Assembly: GCA_010093815.1 (NCBI GenBank)
Contig: ML996573.1
DNA length: 64,000 bases
Source of the DNA: Pseudovirgaria hyperparasitica
Lineage: Eukaryota
Reading direction: 5' to 3' (one strand)
Shown: piece by piece, positions 1-12,473 of the stretch
Position numbering within the stretch: position 1 is the stretch's first letter
Layout of the letters: each line of letters begins with the position of its first letter
Notes under the pieces: model-generated
What the model was told of the DNA's origin: nothing
What the model saw: only the letters and a program-made list of their open reading frames with translations
The model's database searches: none
Made by a program: the position numbers and the translations under genes

Positions 1-119
1 GCTCGTCATCTGTTTCGTCTCATCAGGCGCCTGTCACCAACGACAGTGAGCCTACCTTCACTTCAACCTCCAACCTCAACCATCCTCCTGCACAAAACCC
101 ACCCGTTGATAGCCCACAA

Positions 120-2195
120 ATGTCACTCTCCGCCATGTCTGAGCCGTTCATCTCAGCTCGACCAACTCCACAGATGCAACCTGCTGCAGATGACGAGATC
201 ACCAGAGTCTTCGGTGAGCGACTTCCTGACTTGATCTTCTTGTCTCAATGGGAGGGTACAGTTCACGGCGAGATCAAATTCATCCAGCATCCCAACCGTG
301 ACGTATCCGCACACCAGTGGGACATTATCGCGTATCAGTGGGTTAGTATCGGTCAGTTTTCCGCCAACAGGAAAAAGATTGAAGGTCAGTTGAAGGATGA
401 GAGATTGAGAGGTCAGACTGTCAGCTCAAGCATCCCGCCGAATACACTCGCCTATTTCAGAGCTGTCGCGAAGCAACGTGAGGCTGCTGCGTCCAATCCA
501 TCACCTCGGAACAATGACAATGCCAATGCCTCAGCTATCTCCCAGACTCAGCGTGTCAACACTGCCATACCTCAACGCCCCAAGCTCCAAGCAGTGGCTG
601 GTATGAATAGCATGGACCAATTCGGTTCCTTGTCAACAGTCTCTGGCTCTGCCGTGAATCTTCCAACACGCTCTAGCTTGGCCACTGGCAGGAGCCTTCC
701 ATATCGAGATTTAGCAACCTCCGAGGCACCCTCTATCGCTTCGCTCATGTCAGCTTCTACCCTTACTGCTAGAGATAATGGAACTCACGGTATGTCTGAT
801 GATCCTTTCATGTCCGACCGAGACAGAACTTCTAGCTGGGGCAGCACTTACCTTCACACTCAAGAATCTGAGCGTCCAGGAACAATGGATCGCGACTACC
901 AATTCCCGATTCCTCAGAACCATCCACAAGACCGTTCTTACAATCCTCTCAACCACCGCACCCAGGAACAGCCGCTTACCTTCGGTACCCAGACCTATGG
1001 AGACAACCGTGATGGTTTCGGAAACGTTCCAGGTACTCAAGTGGCATTGTGGGATGAGATACGCAGAAATGGTCAGAGGAACAACGCGGGCCAGCATGAC
1101 ACAACGCAGATCAGATCCCTGGCATCTGGAACTGGACTGGACAAGGAGTCGGTCAGAAGACTTTTCCAGTCGTATGATATAGAAGATGAAGCTGTAGACA
1201 TGAGCGCAGCATATCGCGGTCGACCTGTCACCACGATGCAACAAGCACTAGCGGATGCTTCATCGGAATATCAACCGCAGACCAGAGCAGCAATCCCCCA
1301 GATTCCTCGCGCGCTTCAACCTCCCCCTGGCCTGAACGTTGGTCGCTCTCGACTTGCGCCGTATCCAACTCTGCAAGGCGACCCTGATCCCTTCCAGAAC
1401 AGGAAGGAGGAAATTATCAATGGTCAGCCAGATGAGCCACCAAATCCCCAGGTTCTCAATACAATGTCTATGGGAGGCTGCCGCGACTGTGCAGGGCCCT
1501 TTCCAACTCCTCACGCAGAGCACGCAAACAAGAATGAAGAGTGGTGGGGATCTGGACGAGTCGATCAGAACGATGACTTCGTGCTACCATCTCTTGCAAA
1601 TGCTCGTGCTCGCGATCCCGCCCAAGCTGAACAATACGACTATATTGGTACACAGGGAATGCTACGACTCTTCGAGAATCTCGCAGAATATGCCAAAGAA
1701 ACTGATACTGGTGAAAGGTCTTACTTCACACGTAATTGGAGGGTACCGGAGCCTCGTCATATGGACACGAGTGAGGAAGGTAGGAAGAGCTATTTTGCCA
1801 CGGACCTTGCACTGCGGGCGAAACGCATTCGGGAGCAGCAGAGAGTGGTAGAGCTGAGAATGCGCGACGAGCAGATTCGAGCCGGTGTAGGGCCTCCTTC
1901 CCAGAGTCGTTCCACGGAGACGGAAAATCAAGCTCGACCTAATGTAGCCTCTTCTTCCCAGGGTCGTTTCACGGATACGGAGAATGAGTACTTTAAGATG
2001 ATGAGGGAGAGTCACAACTACCCAAACCTGGCCCAGATCACTCAGATCCTGAGAAACAACGAGCTGGCCCAGTCTAGCAATAGCCAGAGTCAATCGAGCA
2101 ACGAACAAAGCTCATCCAGCAGCAACCAGGGTCTATCTGAACAACAGCGCAATCTGTTCAACAAAAGTCACAACGACCTTCAAGGTTGGTTCTGA
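120..2195 (+). CDS. Hypothetical fungal protein, largely disordered (Ser/Gln-rich), 691 aa; start could be the ATG at 135
   Basis: Long uninterrupted ORF. Short ordered-looking segments (WEGTVHGEIKFIQHPNRDVSAHQW near the N-terminus; LRLFENLAEY..YFTRNW near the C-terminus) flank low-complexity sequence. No family recognised. Confidence 0.75.
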   Translation: MSLSAMSEPFISARPTPQMQPAADDEITRVFGERLPDLIFLSQWEGTVHGEIKFIQHPNRDVSAHQWDIIAYQWVSIGQFSANRKKIEGQLKDERLRGQTVSSSIPPNTLAYFRAVAKQREAAASNPSPRNNDNANASAISQTQRVNTAIPQRPKLQAVAGMNSMDQFGSLSTVSGSAVNLPTRSSLATGRSLPYRDLATSEAPSIASLMSASTLTARDNGTHGMSDDPFMSDRDRTSSWGSTYLHTQESERPGTMDRDYQFPIPQNHPQDRSYNPLNHRTQEQPLTFGTQTYGDNRDGFGNVPGTQVALWDEIRRNGQRNNAGQHDTTQIRSLASGTGLDKESVRRLFQSYDIEDEAVDMSAAYRGRPVTTMQQALADASSEYQPQTRAAIPQIPRALQPPPGLNVGRSRLAPYPTLQGDPDPFQNRKEEIINGQPDEPPNPQVLNTMSMGGCRDCAGPFPTPHAEHANKNEEWWGSGRVDQNDDFVLPSLANARARDPAQAEQYDYIGTQGMLRLFENLAEYAKETDTGERSYFTRNWRVPEPRHMDTSEEGRKSYFATDLALRAKRIREQQRVVELRMRDEQIRAGVGPPSQSRSTETENQARPNVASSSQGRFTDTENEYFKMMRESHNYPNLAQITQILRNNELAQSSNSQSQSSNEQSSSSSNQGLSEQQRNLFNKSHNDLQGWF

Positions 2196-2644
2196 AAGTA
2201 GGAGAGACTGTAGAATGTACGGTCAGCGCTGCCGGTTCTTGAAGAGGACATTGATGAGCGGCGAAAACTGGGTTAAGGAAGCAGACAGTGGTCACCACGG
2301 CATCTAATCTTGAGGATCTTCATGATCTTGAGGGAGAGAAGGGCTGTAACTAAAGCACATAAGATAAAAAAACATATGCAAGTGGATGACGAACGTCTCC
2401 GATATTGAATGCAACAAAATCTGCTCCAGGCTCCGTGACTGTGTATTGCAAGATATGACTCAAACTTCACTGCCTCTGCCCCACCATGAAAGACCAAAGG
2501 CCGACCCCGCAAAAACATTATTTCATTTCCTCCGCCATTGACCACGCGACAGGCCCCGAAACCTTGAATCTTTCTTCTGCCGCGCGTCTGATTGCTTTAT
2601 TGCTCTTCCGACTGCTTAACTACTTTTGTGGACGCGCCATCATC

Positions 2645-4338
2645 ATGACCGAACCCGGCCCTGCTACAGAGGGAAATGCGCCCTCAAAGAATGCCCTGAA
2701 GAAGGCTGCGAAGGACGCCGAAAAGGTAATCAAAATCTCAACACTTGGTATCGGAGCTACTCTAATAAACTGTCATAGGCGAAAAAGAAGGAAGCTGCCC
2801 GCCAGCGCGAGCTTGCAGAGCGCCAAAAAAGGGAAGCAGAAGACGCCGCCGATGTCTCTGCAAACGACTATGGTGAATTGCCTCTCATAGGGTCTGCCGA
2901 ATTCAAGCCAACGGGCGAGAAACGAATCAAGCTATCCGAAGTGGCCTCATATGCAGATCAAACTGTGACCCTGCGGTGCTGGGTTGAGAATGCGCGGGTG
3001 CAGAGTGCCAAGCTGGCCTTTCTAAATTTAAGACAAGAGCTGGAGACCGTGCAGGCTGTCGTTGCAGCGAGTGAAAGCCTGAGCAAGCAAATGGTCAAGT
3101 TTGCTGGGAACATCAGCACCGAGAGCTTGTTGGTGGTTACAGGCCTGGTCAAGAAGACCCCCGAACCAGTCAACAGCGCGACAGTCAAGGACTATGAGAT
3201 CCATATCAAGAGAGTTTTCATCGAGGCCAAGGCAGAAGTCCCACTCCCCCTCCAAGTCGAGGATGCCGAAAGACCCCTACCATCTGAAGCTACTGGTGAG
3301 GAGGAAAATGACGAAGAGTCCGGTCACCCGCTGGTGACTCTCAACACACGTCTCAACAACCGAACCATCGACCTGCGTGCCAAGATCAACAACGCCATCT
3401 TCACAATCAAAGGCGGTGTCTGCGCACTCTTCCAAGAGTTTCTGGGCAGCAAGGGGTTCACGCTCATCCACAGTCCCAAGCTTCTGGGAGCACCATCCGA
3501 AGGTGGTGCTAATGTTTTTGAAGTCAAATACTTCGACCGTCAAGCTTATCTCGCACAATCGCCACAATTCTACAAGCAAATGCTCATTGCGTCTCGGTTT
3601 CAGCGTGTGATGGAGATCGGTCCTGTGTTCCGCGCAGAAAATTCGAATACCGCCCGACATTTGACTGAATTCACTGGTCTCGATCTCGAAATGGAGTTCC
3701 AGGAGGACTACCACGAGGTCATGTCTCTCCTCGAAGAACTCATGCTCTTCATTTTCGCCGGTTTACAAACTCGCTATGGCCGCGAGACCGAATTGGTCCG
3801 CTCCCGATACCACGTCGAGCCCTTTGCCCTCCCAGCAGCGGGGTCCGTCCCACGTATTACGTTCGCAGAGGGTATCGCCATGCTCCGCGAGGCTGGAGAA
3901 GAGCTCAATGACTACGATGACTTGTCTACACCACAGGAGAAACTCCTCGGCAAACTTGTGTTGCAGAAATACGGCTCGGACTTCTACACACTCGACCAAT
4001 TCCCACTTGCGATTCGGCCTTTTTACACGATGCCTTCCGCAGCATCACCGAAACTCAGTAACTCGTATGACATGTTCATGCGTGGACAGGAGATTTTGAG
4101 CGGTGCACAGCGTATTCACAGTACGCGACTTCTGCAAGAGAAGATGCGGGCATTTGACCCACCGATCGACCCTGAGGGAGCGGCAGTGAAGGACTATGTC
4201 GATTGCTTCCGGTATGGATGTCCGCCACATGCAGGTGGTGGGTTTGGGTTGGAGCGAATCGTATGTTTCTGGTTGGGACTGCCGAATATTCGCCTGACCA
4301 GTCTATTCCCAAGAGACCCGCAGAGGGTTATGCCCTAG
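2645..4338 (+). CDS. DPS1: Cytosolic aspartyl-tRNA synthetase (class II); exons 2645-2725, 2779-4338
   Basis: N-terminal SKNALKK extension, OB-fold region, AQSPQFYKQ, motif 2 GPVFRAENSNTARHLTEF, GAQRIH, motif 3 HAGGGFGLER and terminal FPRDP. Intron 2726-2778 (GTAATC..CTAAT..TAG) restores the frame. Confidence 0.95.
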
Positions 4339-4713
4339 TCATGTAAACTATTACAATCTCGTGAAGGGAAAGTCATGTCAACGACAGGTGACGACCATGT
4401 TACAAAAACTATACAACAGAAAATAGGAAAGTGAACTGAAGAATCTGAGATACCTACGGTGCTATAGCCCAGCCATTAATATGGTTCTTGATTGTGATCA
4501 TAAGCTGTCGGCCGAGTACGTTGCTCAGCATCAAATGTATAGTTTGGAGTAAACATGTGGCTGAAAGTCCTATTCGGTACTAGCTCCATCTCGCGCCACT
4601 AACGACATCATCACCATTTCGTTCAGATACTTATAAGGTCCTCGGGCATCACACATATTTCTCCAAATTCTCAGCTTCGGCGACGCCCCCTCAGTCAAGC
4701 TGGAGACATCCAA

Positions 4714-5970
4714 ATGGACAATCCCCAGAACTTCACACCGCCCTCATCGCCCACCGGCTCGAAACCCGCAGCCCACCTCCCGAACGAGATCCTCCTCCAA
4801 ATCCTTTCCTACATCCCCACCGATCCCGCCCTCCAACCCACTCTCGCCGCCCTCTGCCTCACAAACACACAATGGCACACCGTCACCATTGCCCGCCTCT
4901 ACGCCCACCCACACATCCGCGGCGCCAACTTCGACCTCTTCACCCGCACCATCGTGCCCTCCATCAACCTGCACATCAAGCGCTCCGACCTCGCCTCCCT
5001 CGTCCACACCCTCGACCTCTCCCACATCGTCCACCACTCCACCAAGAAGACAACCGCCCGCTTGCTCGGCCGCACAAAGGCCAGTCTGCAGGTCTTTGTC
5101 GCGCCGCAGACCGGGTTTGCGCTGAATAGCTACCCTGCTCTGGCGCATTGTGCGCGCTTGCGTGTGCTTGATTTGCGGCTCGTGTGTGAGAGTGTGGATT
5201 TTAGGGATTTGGGGAGGGCGTTGGCTGGGTTGCGGGCCTTGGAGGTGTTGTTTTTTCCGCGGACTGGGGTGCGGGATGGGGCGTATGATGGGGCGGATAT
5301 TCGGTGGCCGGCGTTGAGGGAGCTGCATTTGGCGGGTGGGCTGAGTGGTGTGTTTATGGCGGGATTGCAGGGGAGATGTGGGGGAAATCTAGGAATGAAT
5401 CCGGCTGGGCTACCGACGACGCTGACGAGGTTGAGTGTGACGAATAGTCCCGTCTTAGAATGCGCGAGTTTGGTGCGGTTTCTGGCTGGTGTTGGTGGGC
5501 AGCTGAGGGTGTTCACGACGTGTTCGCTGCCAAGGTTTCGTAGGGGTGATTTGGATGACTTACTGGTGTTTTGTCCGCGGCTGGAGAAGGTCAGCGTAGC
5601 GGCGGAGTTTTGGACGGGACGGGCTGTTGCGAGAGAGGAGTTTCGGGGCTTGCCAGCACATTCGTTGAGTGAGTTGAGGGTTACGAAAAGCGAGGACTCC
5701 GTCCATGAGGATGAGATCACGCCGGTTGATATCGAAGTGGGAATAGAGTACGGGTTCTTGGGCGGCTTGAGACGGGTGGTTGTGAATGTTGCGGTGGGTT
5801 GGGTGAGTGAGAGAAGCTTGTTGGAGGAATGGGAGGACCTGGGATTAGCTGTCGCGGAAAAATGGGATCAAGATAAGCTTGAGAACTGGGATGGGACGAA
5901 GCCAACTTTCGGTATCACGCAGGTTGATAGGAATGCTGAGAACAATAACCGTCCGACACTGGACTGGTGA
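4714..5970 (+). CDS. F-box / RNI-like leucine-rich repeat protein
   Basis: N-terminal HLPNEILLQILSYI F-box-type motif followed by LRR-like repeats (LRVLDL, LEVLFFP, LRELHL, LTRLSV). Confidence 0.8.
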   Translation: MDNPQNFTPPSSPTGSKPAAHLPNEILLQILSYIPTDPALQPTLAALCLTNTQWHTVTIARLYAHPHIRGANFDLFTRTIVPSINLHIKRSDLASLVHTLDLSHIVHHSTKKTTARLLGRTKASLQVFVAPQTGFALNSYPALAHCARLRVLDLRLVCESVDFRDLGRALAGLRALEVLFFPRTGVRDGAYDGADIRWPALRELHLAGGLSGVFMAGLQGRCGGNLGMNPAGLPTTLTRLSVTNSPVLECASLVRFLAGVGGQLRVFTTCSLPRFRRGDLDDLLVFCPRLEKVSVAAEFWTGRAVAREEFRGLPAHSLSELRVTKSEDSVHEDEITPVDIEVGIEYGFLGGLRRVVVNVAVGWVSERSLLEEWEDLGLAVAEKWDQDKLENWDGTKPTFGITQVDRNAENNNRPTLDW

Positions 5971-6080
5971 CATCGATACAATCTCCCTACAAAATGTGCT
6001 TTTATGACCAAGAACGCCCGCAGATGCATTCAACCAGACGCCATCGCAATGCTCGAACACGACCTTACGCTTCCGCGCAA

Positions 6081-6889
6081 TCATTTCAGCGTCCTCGCCA
6101 CCTTCTCAACCATCTTCCCCTGCTCCTCTAACGTCGCAACCTTTTCATCAACTTCCTGCAACAGCCTCCCAACTGCCAACGTAGTCTTCACATCCCCACC
6201 CTGCCCCTCAACCCAGACAACCCCATTCCTCCCCACCGCAATCTCAAACCGCACCCCCTTCTGCGCCAACCTCTCCAACACATCCAACTTGCCCTTACTG
6301 CCCATCAACAACCTCCTCGCCAGCCCCAAGCTAACACGGAACACCATCCCGCCCTTCAACGGGCCCATACCATCTGCCTTCTGCGTCGTCGGCGATATAC
6401 AAGTCAACGTCGGCTCCTGATGCGGCGGATTCGGATGCGCGCTCACAATGCGCGCATACACAAGCGCGCCCGGCAGCATATTCGGCCTGTTCTTCCTGTT
6501 CGCACCCTCGAACTCCAGATTGCCCAGCGTCGCGAGCGGCGTGTGCGGCGTGATGGAGCAGTAGTACCATTCGGCGCTGCCGCGTTGGACGGTGCAGATT
6601 ACGAGGTCGCCGACGGCGGGGATGTACTGTGTTGTGCGTTGTCAGTATCTTGTGAGATATTAGAGGGCTTAGGAATACGTACACGGCCGCTGTTGTTCTC
6701 GACCCATACTGCCGGTTTCCGGTCGTCTGCGATGAGGGCGCCGCCGGTTGTGGGTGTGACTGTGGTGGGCGGGATGTGTCGTAGTCCGGGGCCGATGGTG
6801 AGTGCCTTGCCTGGGTTTTTGGAGGATGAGGGGAGATGGGAGGGCAGGATTGGGTCGCCTGGGAGGACGACGAGGCCTGTGAGAGACAT
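6081..6889 (-). CDS. RRP40: Exosome complex component RRP40; exons 6889-6683, 6626-6081
   Basis: Spliced product contains VVLPGD, GPGL, R|YIPAVGDLVICTV (S1 domain), FEGANRKNRPN, GALVYAR and FEIAVGRNGVVWV (KH-like). Intron 6627-6682 (GTACGT..CTGAC..CAG). Confidence 0.93.
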
Positions 6890-7095
6890 GCTGAGGGTTT
6901 ATGAAGCTTGCTCAGGATCAATTGAAGCTATTTCAAAGTCTCAGTACAACAGTAGAATAATCAAAAGCAATGACGGCGGGGCTCCGAGATTTAGCCGACT
7001 CTTGTCCTGGAATTTTTTGTTTAGCGGGCAGAATATTGTCTCCCGCTTCTATCTCGACCTTTAACATTATTTCCATACGCTCTCAATCGCCCAAG
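6890..7095. promoter_or_regulatory. Putative bidirectional promoter between RRP40 and SSZ1 (206 bp)
   Basis: Divergent start codons at 6889 (-) and 7096 (+). Contains an A/T tract GGAATTTTTTG around 7009-7019. Confidence 0.6.
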
Positions 7096-8870
7096 ATGAG
7101 TGACGACGAATCCCAGTCGCGCGTCGCGATTGGTATTTCTTTTGGAAACTCGTACAGCTCGATTGCTTCAACGAACAATGACGGCAACACAATCGTGATC
7201 GCCAACGAGGACGGAGACAGACAAATCCCTTCTATGCTGTCGTATGTTTCTGGCGAGGAGTTTCACGGTCAGCAAGCCAAGTCACAGCTTGTGCGTAACC
7301 CGACGAATACTGTTGCATACTTCAGGGATTTCATCGGGCAAGAGTGTGTAGAGGACATCCAGCCCCAACACCAATACATTACAGCTGACAATATAGTAGC
7401 TTCAAGTCAATAGATCCCACCCCATGCTCCGGATCAGCACACCCGAAAGCAGGCTCCGACGGAGCGACGTTCAACATCAAGGACACTGAAGAAGATTCTG
7501 AAAACACCCGCACAATCTCAGAAATCACAACGAGACACCTGAAGCGGTTGCAAACTTCTGCCAGCGACTATCTCGGAAAGGGAGTTAACGCTGCTGTCAT
7601 TACTGTGCCCACGAACTTTACAGACAAGCAAAAGGAGGCCCTTACAGCATCTGCCAAGGAGGCTGGAATTGAGGTCCTCCAATACATCCACGAGCCCGTC
7701 TCCGCAGTGCTTGCCTACGATGCCCGACCAGACGCAAAGCTCTCTGATAAGATCGTAGTTGTGGTCGACATTGGTGGTATTCGCACAGATGTTACTGTCA
7801 TTGCCTCGCGCGGCGGTCTGTACAGTATCCTGGCTACTGCCCATGACTATGACGTCTCGGGCGCCCAATTCGACCAGGCACTAATGGACCACTTCGCCAA
7901 GGAGTTTATCAAGAAGCACAAGACCGATCCACGAGAGGACAAGCGTGCGCTCGCGAAACTTAAGCTCGAGTCTGAAGCCGTTAAGAAGGCCCTCTCCATT
8001 GGCACGAACGCAAGCTTCTCCGTCGAGTCTCTTGTGTCTGGTATCGACTTCACGTCCACCATAAACCGTACGCGATTTGAGCTTATCGGTAATAAGTACT
8101 TCGCCTCCATCAGCCGCCTTGCCCTCTCCGCCGTAGAAAAGGCTGGTCTTGACCCCCTCGACGTGTCTGAAATCATCTGCTCCGGCGGCTCTTCGCACAC
8201 GCCCAAAGTCGCCCGCTCTCTGCAATCTGCCTTTCCCGAGGGCATCCCCGTTCTTGCACCCGCAACATCCCCAACCTCACTCAACCCTTCTGAACTTGCA
8301 GTTCGAGGCGCTGCGATCCAAGCTTCTCTCATCTCCGAATTTGAAACCGAGGACATCGACCAGAGCACGCACCCTATGGTCACTGCCGCACCACACCTTG
8401 GCAAGGCAATCGGCATCCTTTCAATTTCAGGCGACGAGTCTAGCGGTGTCTTCCGTCCGCTTGTTGAAGCACATACACCTGTTCCTGTGCGTCGTACGGC
8501 GCAAATTGCCGTCCCTCGCGAGGGTGGCGATGTACTGATCAAGATCTGCGAAGGTGTGAGCCAGATCAAGGTTTCTACGCCTGCACCACAGCCCAAGGCT
8601 GAGAAGAAAGATGATGAGGATGAGGACAGTGACGAAGATGATAGTGAGGACGAGCCGGAAGAGGTGCGTGAGCGCGTTTGGAAGGCAGAAACAGTTCTTT
8701 CTGAGGCTGCATTGAGAGGCGTGAAGAAGGGTGCCAAGGTCGAGGTTCAACTGGACGTTGCAGCAGATCTGAGCGTGAGAGTTACTCTGAGGCAGGTTGG
8801 TGACAAAGGCGGAAAAGGGCTGATAGGAAATATCAAGGGAAGCGCCAAAGAAAATGGACACGCATCGTAA
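7096..8870 (+). CDS. SSZ1: Atypical Hsp70, ribosome-associated complex subunit SSZ1; exons 7096-7343, 7400-8870
   Basis: IGISFGNSYSSIA instead of canonical GIDLGTT, IANEDGDRQIPS, HEPVSAVLAY, VVVDIGG, an acidic stretch and no C-terminal lid, all typical of SSZ1. Intron 7344-7399 ends in tandem TAGTAG acceptors. Confidence 0.92.
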
Positions 8871-9159
8871 GAGGTTGCGTAAGAGACGAGGTATATAATT
8901 CTGGGCTTCGATCAAACGGCTCGAGGGGATGGTTATGGCCGTGGGTGGTACAGACATCGTTACCCCTTTACTTCCAGCTGTCACGATTTCACATTGGTAT
9001 AGATAGACTGCGGGCGTATATCGTATATAGCATATGAATGTATCCTGCAAGACCCATTCCGCCGTTCCAATTAATCCTCAGATATCTAACGCACACTAAC
9101 ATATCCCCTCCCCTTTCCATCCCTCCATCTAAATCAACCACCCAACTAAACCGTCATCA

Positions 9160-9684
9160 TCAAGGATTCTCCCCAACAACCTCCCTCCGCCTCCGCACCC
9201 GCTCACACCGATACATACCCACACTAGGCACGACCGGCAAAAACCCATACTTCGGATACACAAACTTGGCCGCATTCACATGCCCAATCAGACTCACATA
9301 CGCCTCCGGCGCGTGCGCATCCACCCACTCCACCAGCATCTGCATCATGCGCGAGCCCAGCCCGCGGCCCTGATGTGCGGGCAGCACGCACACGTCCACG
9401 ATCTGCAGGAAGAGGCTGCCGTCGCCGATGAGGCGCGCCATGCCGACGACGTTGGACATGGGGTCGTTGGGCGAGGTGCTGGGATCGTGGTGGGTGTCGT
9501 GCGCGAGGATGCAGTGGATGCTTTTTGCGAGGGCGTGGGGGACGGCGGGGAGGGGCGGGGGGGTCATGCCTGTGTCGCGGCGGAGGTCGTGGTATTGTTG
9601 GGGTGTGGGGAGGGAGGGGGTGATGGTGTAGCGGGGGGAGGGGGTGGTGGTCGTGGTGGTTTCGGGGATGGTGGGTTCTGACAT
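9160..9684 (-). CDS. GNAT-family N-acetyltransferase
   Basis: VGMARLIGDG..LQIVDVCVLPAHQGRGLG (motif A, Q/RxxGxG), YVSLI and YPKYGF. Intronless. Confidence 0.88.
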   Translation of the reverse strand: MSEPTIPETTTTTTPSPRYTITPSLPTPQQYHDLRRDTGMTPPPLPAVPHALAKSIHCILAHDTHHDPSTSPNDPMSNVVGMARLIGDGSLFLQIVDVCVLPAHQGRGLGSRMMQMLVEWVDAHAPEAYVSLIGHVNAAKFVYPKYGFLPVVPSVGMYRCERVRRRREVVGENP

Positions 9685-12473
9685 TTTGGTGGGTGGTGTG
9701 GTTGTAGTTGTTGTTGTTGTCGGGGTGGATAGTGTGTGTATATGAGGATGTTCGGAGATGGGTCGGGGTTTGGATGTGGGCTGGGGCTCTAGGTTCTAGG
9801 TGGAATTTGGATGAATTCGGATGGGATTTGGATGGGATTGGATGAAGTATAGAGCCTGATATGGTGTTTGAGATGCGGAGAGTTGGATTGTTCGTCTAGA
9901 TGTGTGATGTTGGGGATTTTATAGAGTGCAGGGCAGACATGATATTTAAATGTGCGCTTTCTTGCGCGTTTGCGGTGCCTCGTTTCGGTCAGCGTGGACA
10001 TCAGGGTAGGACCCTGGATGTCAAGACACACTACTCGTTAGCATTGTGATGAAGGAATGGTGATGTTACATTACACCTTAGAGTGTAGGTTTGCTCGTCA
10101 GATTAGTACCGCTGGACATCATTCACGGTTTATATGTGTCTGCCTTGCCGCCTTGTTGCCTTAATTATCTCGCATCAATCAAATCGATCGTGCTTCGATT
10201 GTGCTTGGACCTGTGGACATGCATGGATATTGATTAATAGCGCAGCTTGGCGCTCTGGGGCTCTTTTTCACTTCTATCCCGAGGTTATGTCTACGCATAC
10301 TCAGCCATCGACTTGCTAGCGATTACTCTTGCAGTTTGCAGTATTGCAGTTGGCGTATATGATAACATCGTCACGTATAATACTTTAGGCGGCAACTGCA
10401 TTGCAGGAGGGGAGACTTTGTCGACAAGACGAAGGAATCCTACCGTAAGTCCTAAGATCTGAACATACTACTCCGCTGGCTATATGAGGTATCGCCGGAT
10501 GCCATTGATAACTTCAGTATGGTTTGTCTCTTCTTCGTCATGGGAAAGTAGGCGATGATCGATAGATGGCATCTTTATATTAATTAGTGTCCGCATAAGA
10601 CTCGAAGTCAAAACTCACAGTGTCTCATCCAACACGCCTCTGCGACAGTGTATCAAACCTACTCTGTGCTGAACATATGCGCTCTATACACGCCGTCATG
10701 AGTGGAGAGCAACCTGCAGAGCTCGCAGTATGCGTAACGGTTTGATATACCGGATATCGCGTGGGTGGAGCAGCCAAGCAGTCTAAATGAAATTGGGCGC
10801 CATCTATACGAACTCAATGAAGCCCCGGAGAAGAGCGCACCAAAAGTCTTTGCTTCCTCCAAAATACAATACTTGTCCAGGTCGCCAATATCGGCTGAGG
10901 CGATGGGATATCAGGTCTGGCTATATGGTAATATTGGCAAATGGTTCGAAGCCATCCTTCGAAGCAGATGTTGTGTAAGTATCATGATATTATTAGAGTA
11001 CATGCGTTTTTGCGAGAGGGTGGCAGGCTTTTTCTTGTTTACGAACTAACTTCCTCGGTCCTCGGTCCTCGCTCTTACAGAATTAATATATTGGATGCAC
11101 AGCTTGTACAAATTGTTGATGATAAGAATCGTTCGACAGGACAGTCGCCTGTCGAAATGTCCACGCTTTTGATAATAACGAGAAACCTCTTTCTTGTTTC
11201 TGATCGCGAGCATAGGCCGAGTATGAGAATGATCTCGGGACAGACTAATTATCAGTCGTATCGATCCAGCTGGCGACATCTGTATGTGTGTCGCGAGATT
11301 GTTCTAACTTTTTGGTCATTTTCACAGCTATCATCAGAAGACGAAGTCGCATAAATTTATCCCCAAAGTCATCCGGAATTGATGTGAAAAGTTTCCCAGG
11401 TTAGATCGTCAGATGACTTAGCCACGCGAGTCAGTCAGTCTTGTCAACTTCCGATTCGAACGTGCGCAATCCCGCACGTTACATCCAGCAGCCTCAGCAA
11501 TCCTGGTTGTGTCCGTGGCCCTCATTAAGCTTGCGGCTGCGGCATCTATACGTGTGGAGATGTCAGTGTCTCTGGTAAGGATTGCATGGTAGATCGCTCC
11601 AGCGCATGATGTCGAGTTCATTGGCGGCTCTCTAGCCTTGCCAGCTATTTTGGTGCCTGTGACAAGCAACCTGTCGCATTCGAAGACTAAACAGCGTCAG
11701 ATTGCACCGCGGAGTCCACGAGAACGCCTTAGAACGGAAGCTGGACGGAATTCGTGTATACGGATGTATGATTTGATCAACATAAATTCGGGAAGAGCTC
11801 GATGCGAAAGGTAGCAGAAGATGCCATTTCGTTGCAACCAATCAGCGCCCCTGAGAAGTTGACATCGGAACGACCACAGGGTCTTTCGCCCCCTCCCTGT
11901 TCACTCCAGACTAGATCCGGAAAGCTGGAATATCACAAGCAGCCGACATGCCTGTCGTTGCGCGCTCCACCCATATCTCCACGCTGGACTGAATCATGAA
12001 CACACTGCTCCGTCCCTCATCGGCAGCAATCCATCGGCATGGACGCCCCTTGTGGCCGTACCTGGGGCTGCTATTTGCTTGACTATCACCGGGACCTGCA
12101 TCCTAAGGTCTCTTAGACAACTTCCTCTTTAGTTCTCGTCCCGAACCGAGCCATCAATCATACTTCGCTGCGTCCACAGCTACACTGAGACCCCTGCGAC
12201 GAGACTCAGCTGTGACCTCAAGGCTAAAGATCAATAAGGCTCTCAGCGAATAAGGTGCACTGATCATCTGGCGTGCTGAACAGTTTCTACTGCTCCTAGA
12301 AATCATGCGGAGTAATGCGATCTGCACCGGCTTCTAGCGCATGATGATCTTCGAAGCTTGTCTCGCAGGCGGATTGGCCTCCTATTACAGTTATGTCGTT
12401 GGTTGTATAAAGTCTTCTTCGGATCCTGGTAGTTTGTTCGCGATGTAGCAGTGGCACCTCATCCTCAGTCAAC

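Noticed and set aside
7847..8737. 296 aa ORF antisense to SSZ1
   Set aside because: Long antisense frames are common opposite Hsp70 genes; the sequence simply mirrors the sense codons.
10130..11360. Short ORFs, including a hydrophobic one (10247-10462) ending near a GTAAGT
   Set aside because: Could be a gene relic, but I could not build a consistent spliced frame or recognise a family.
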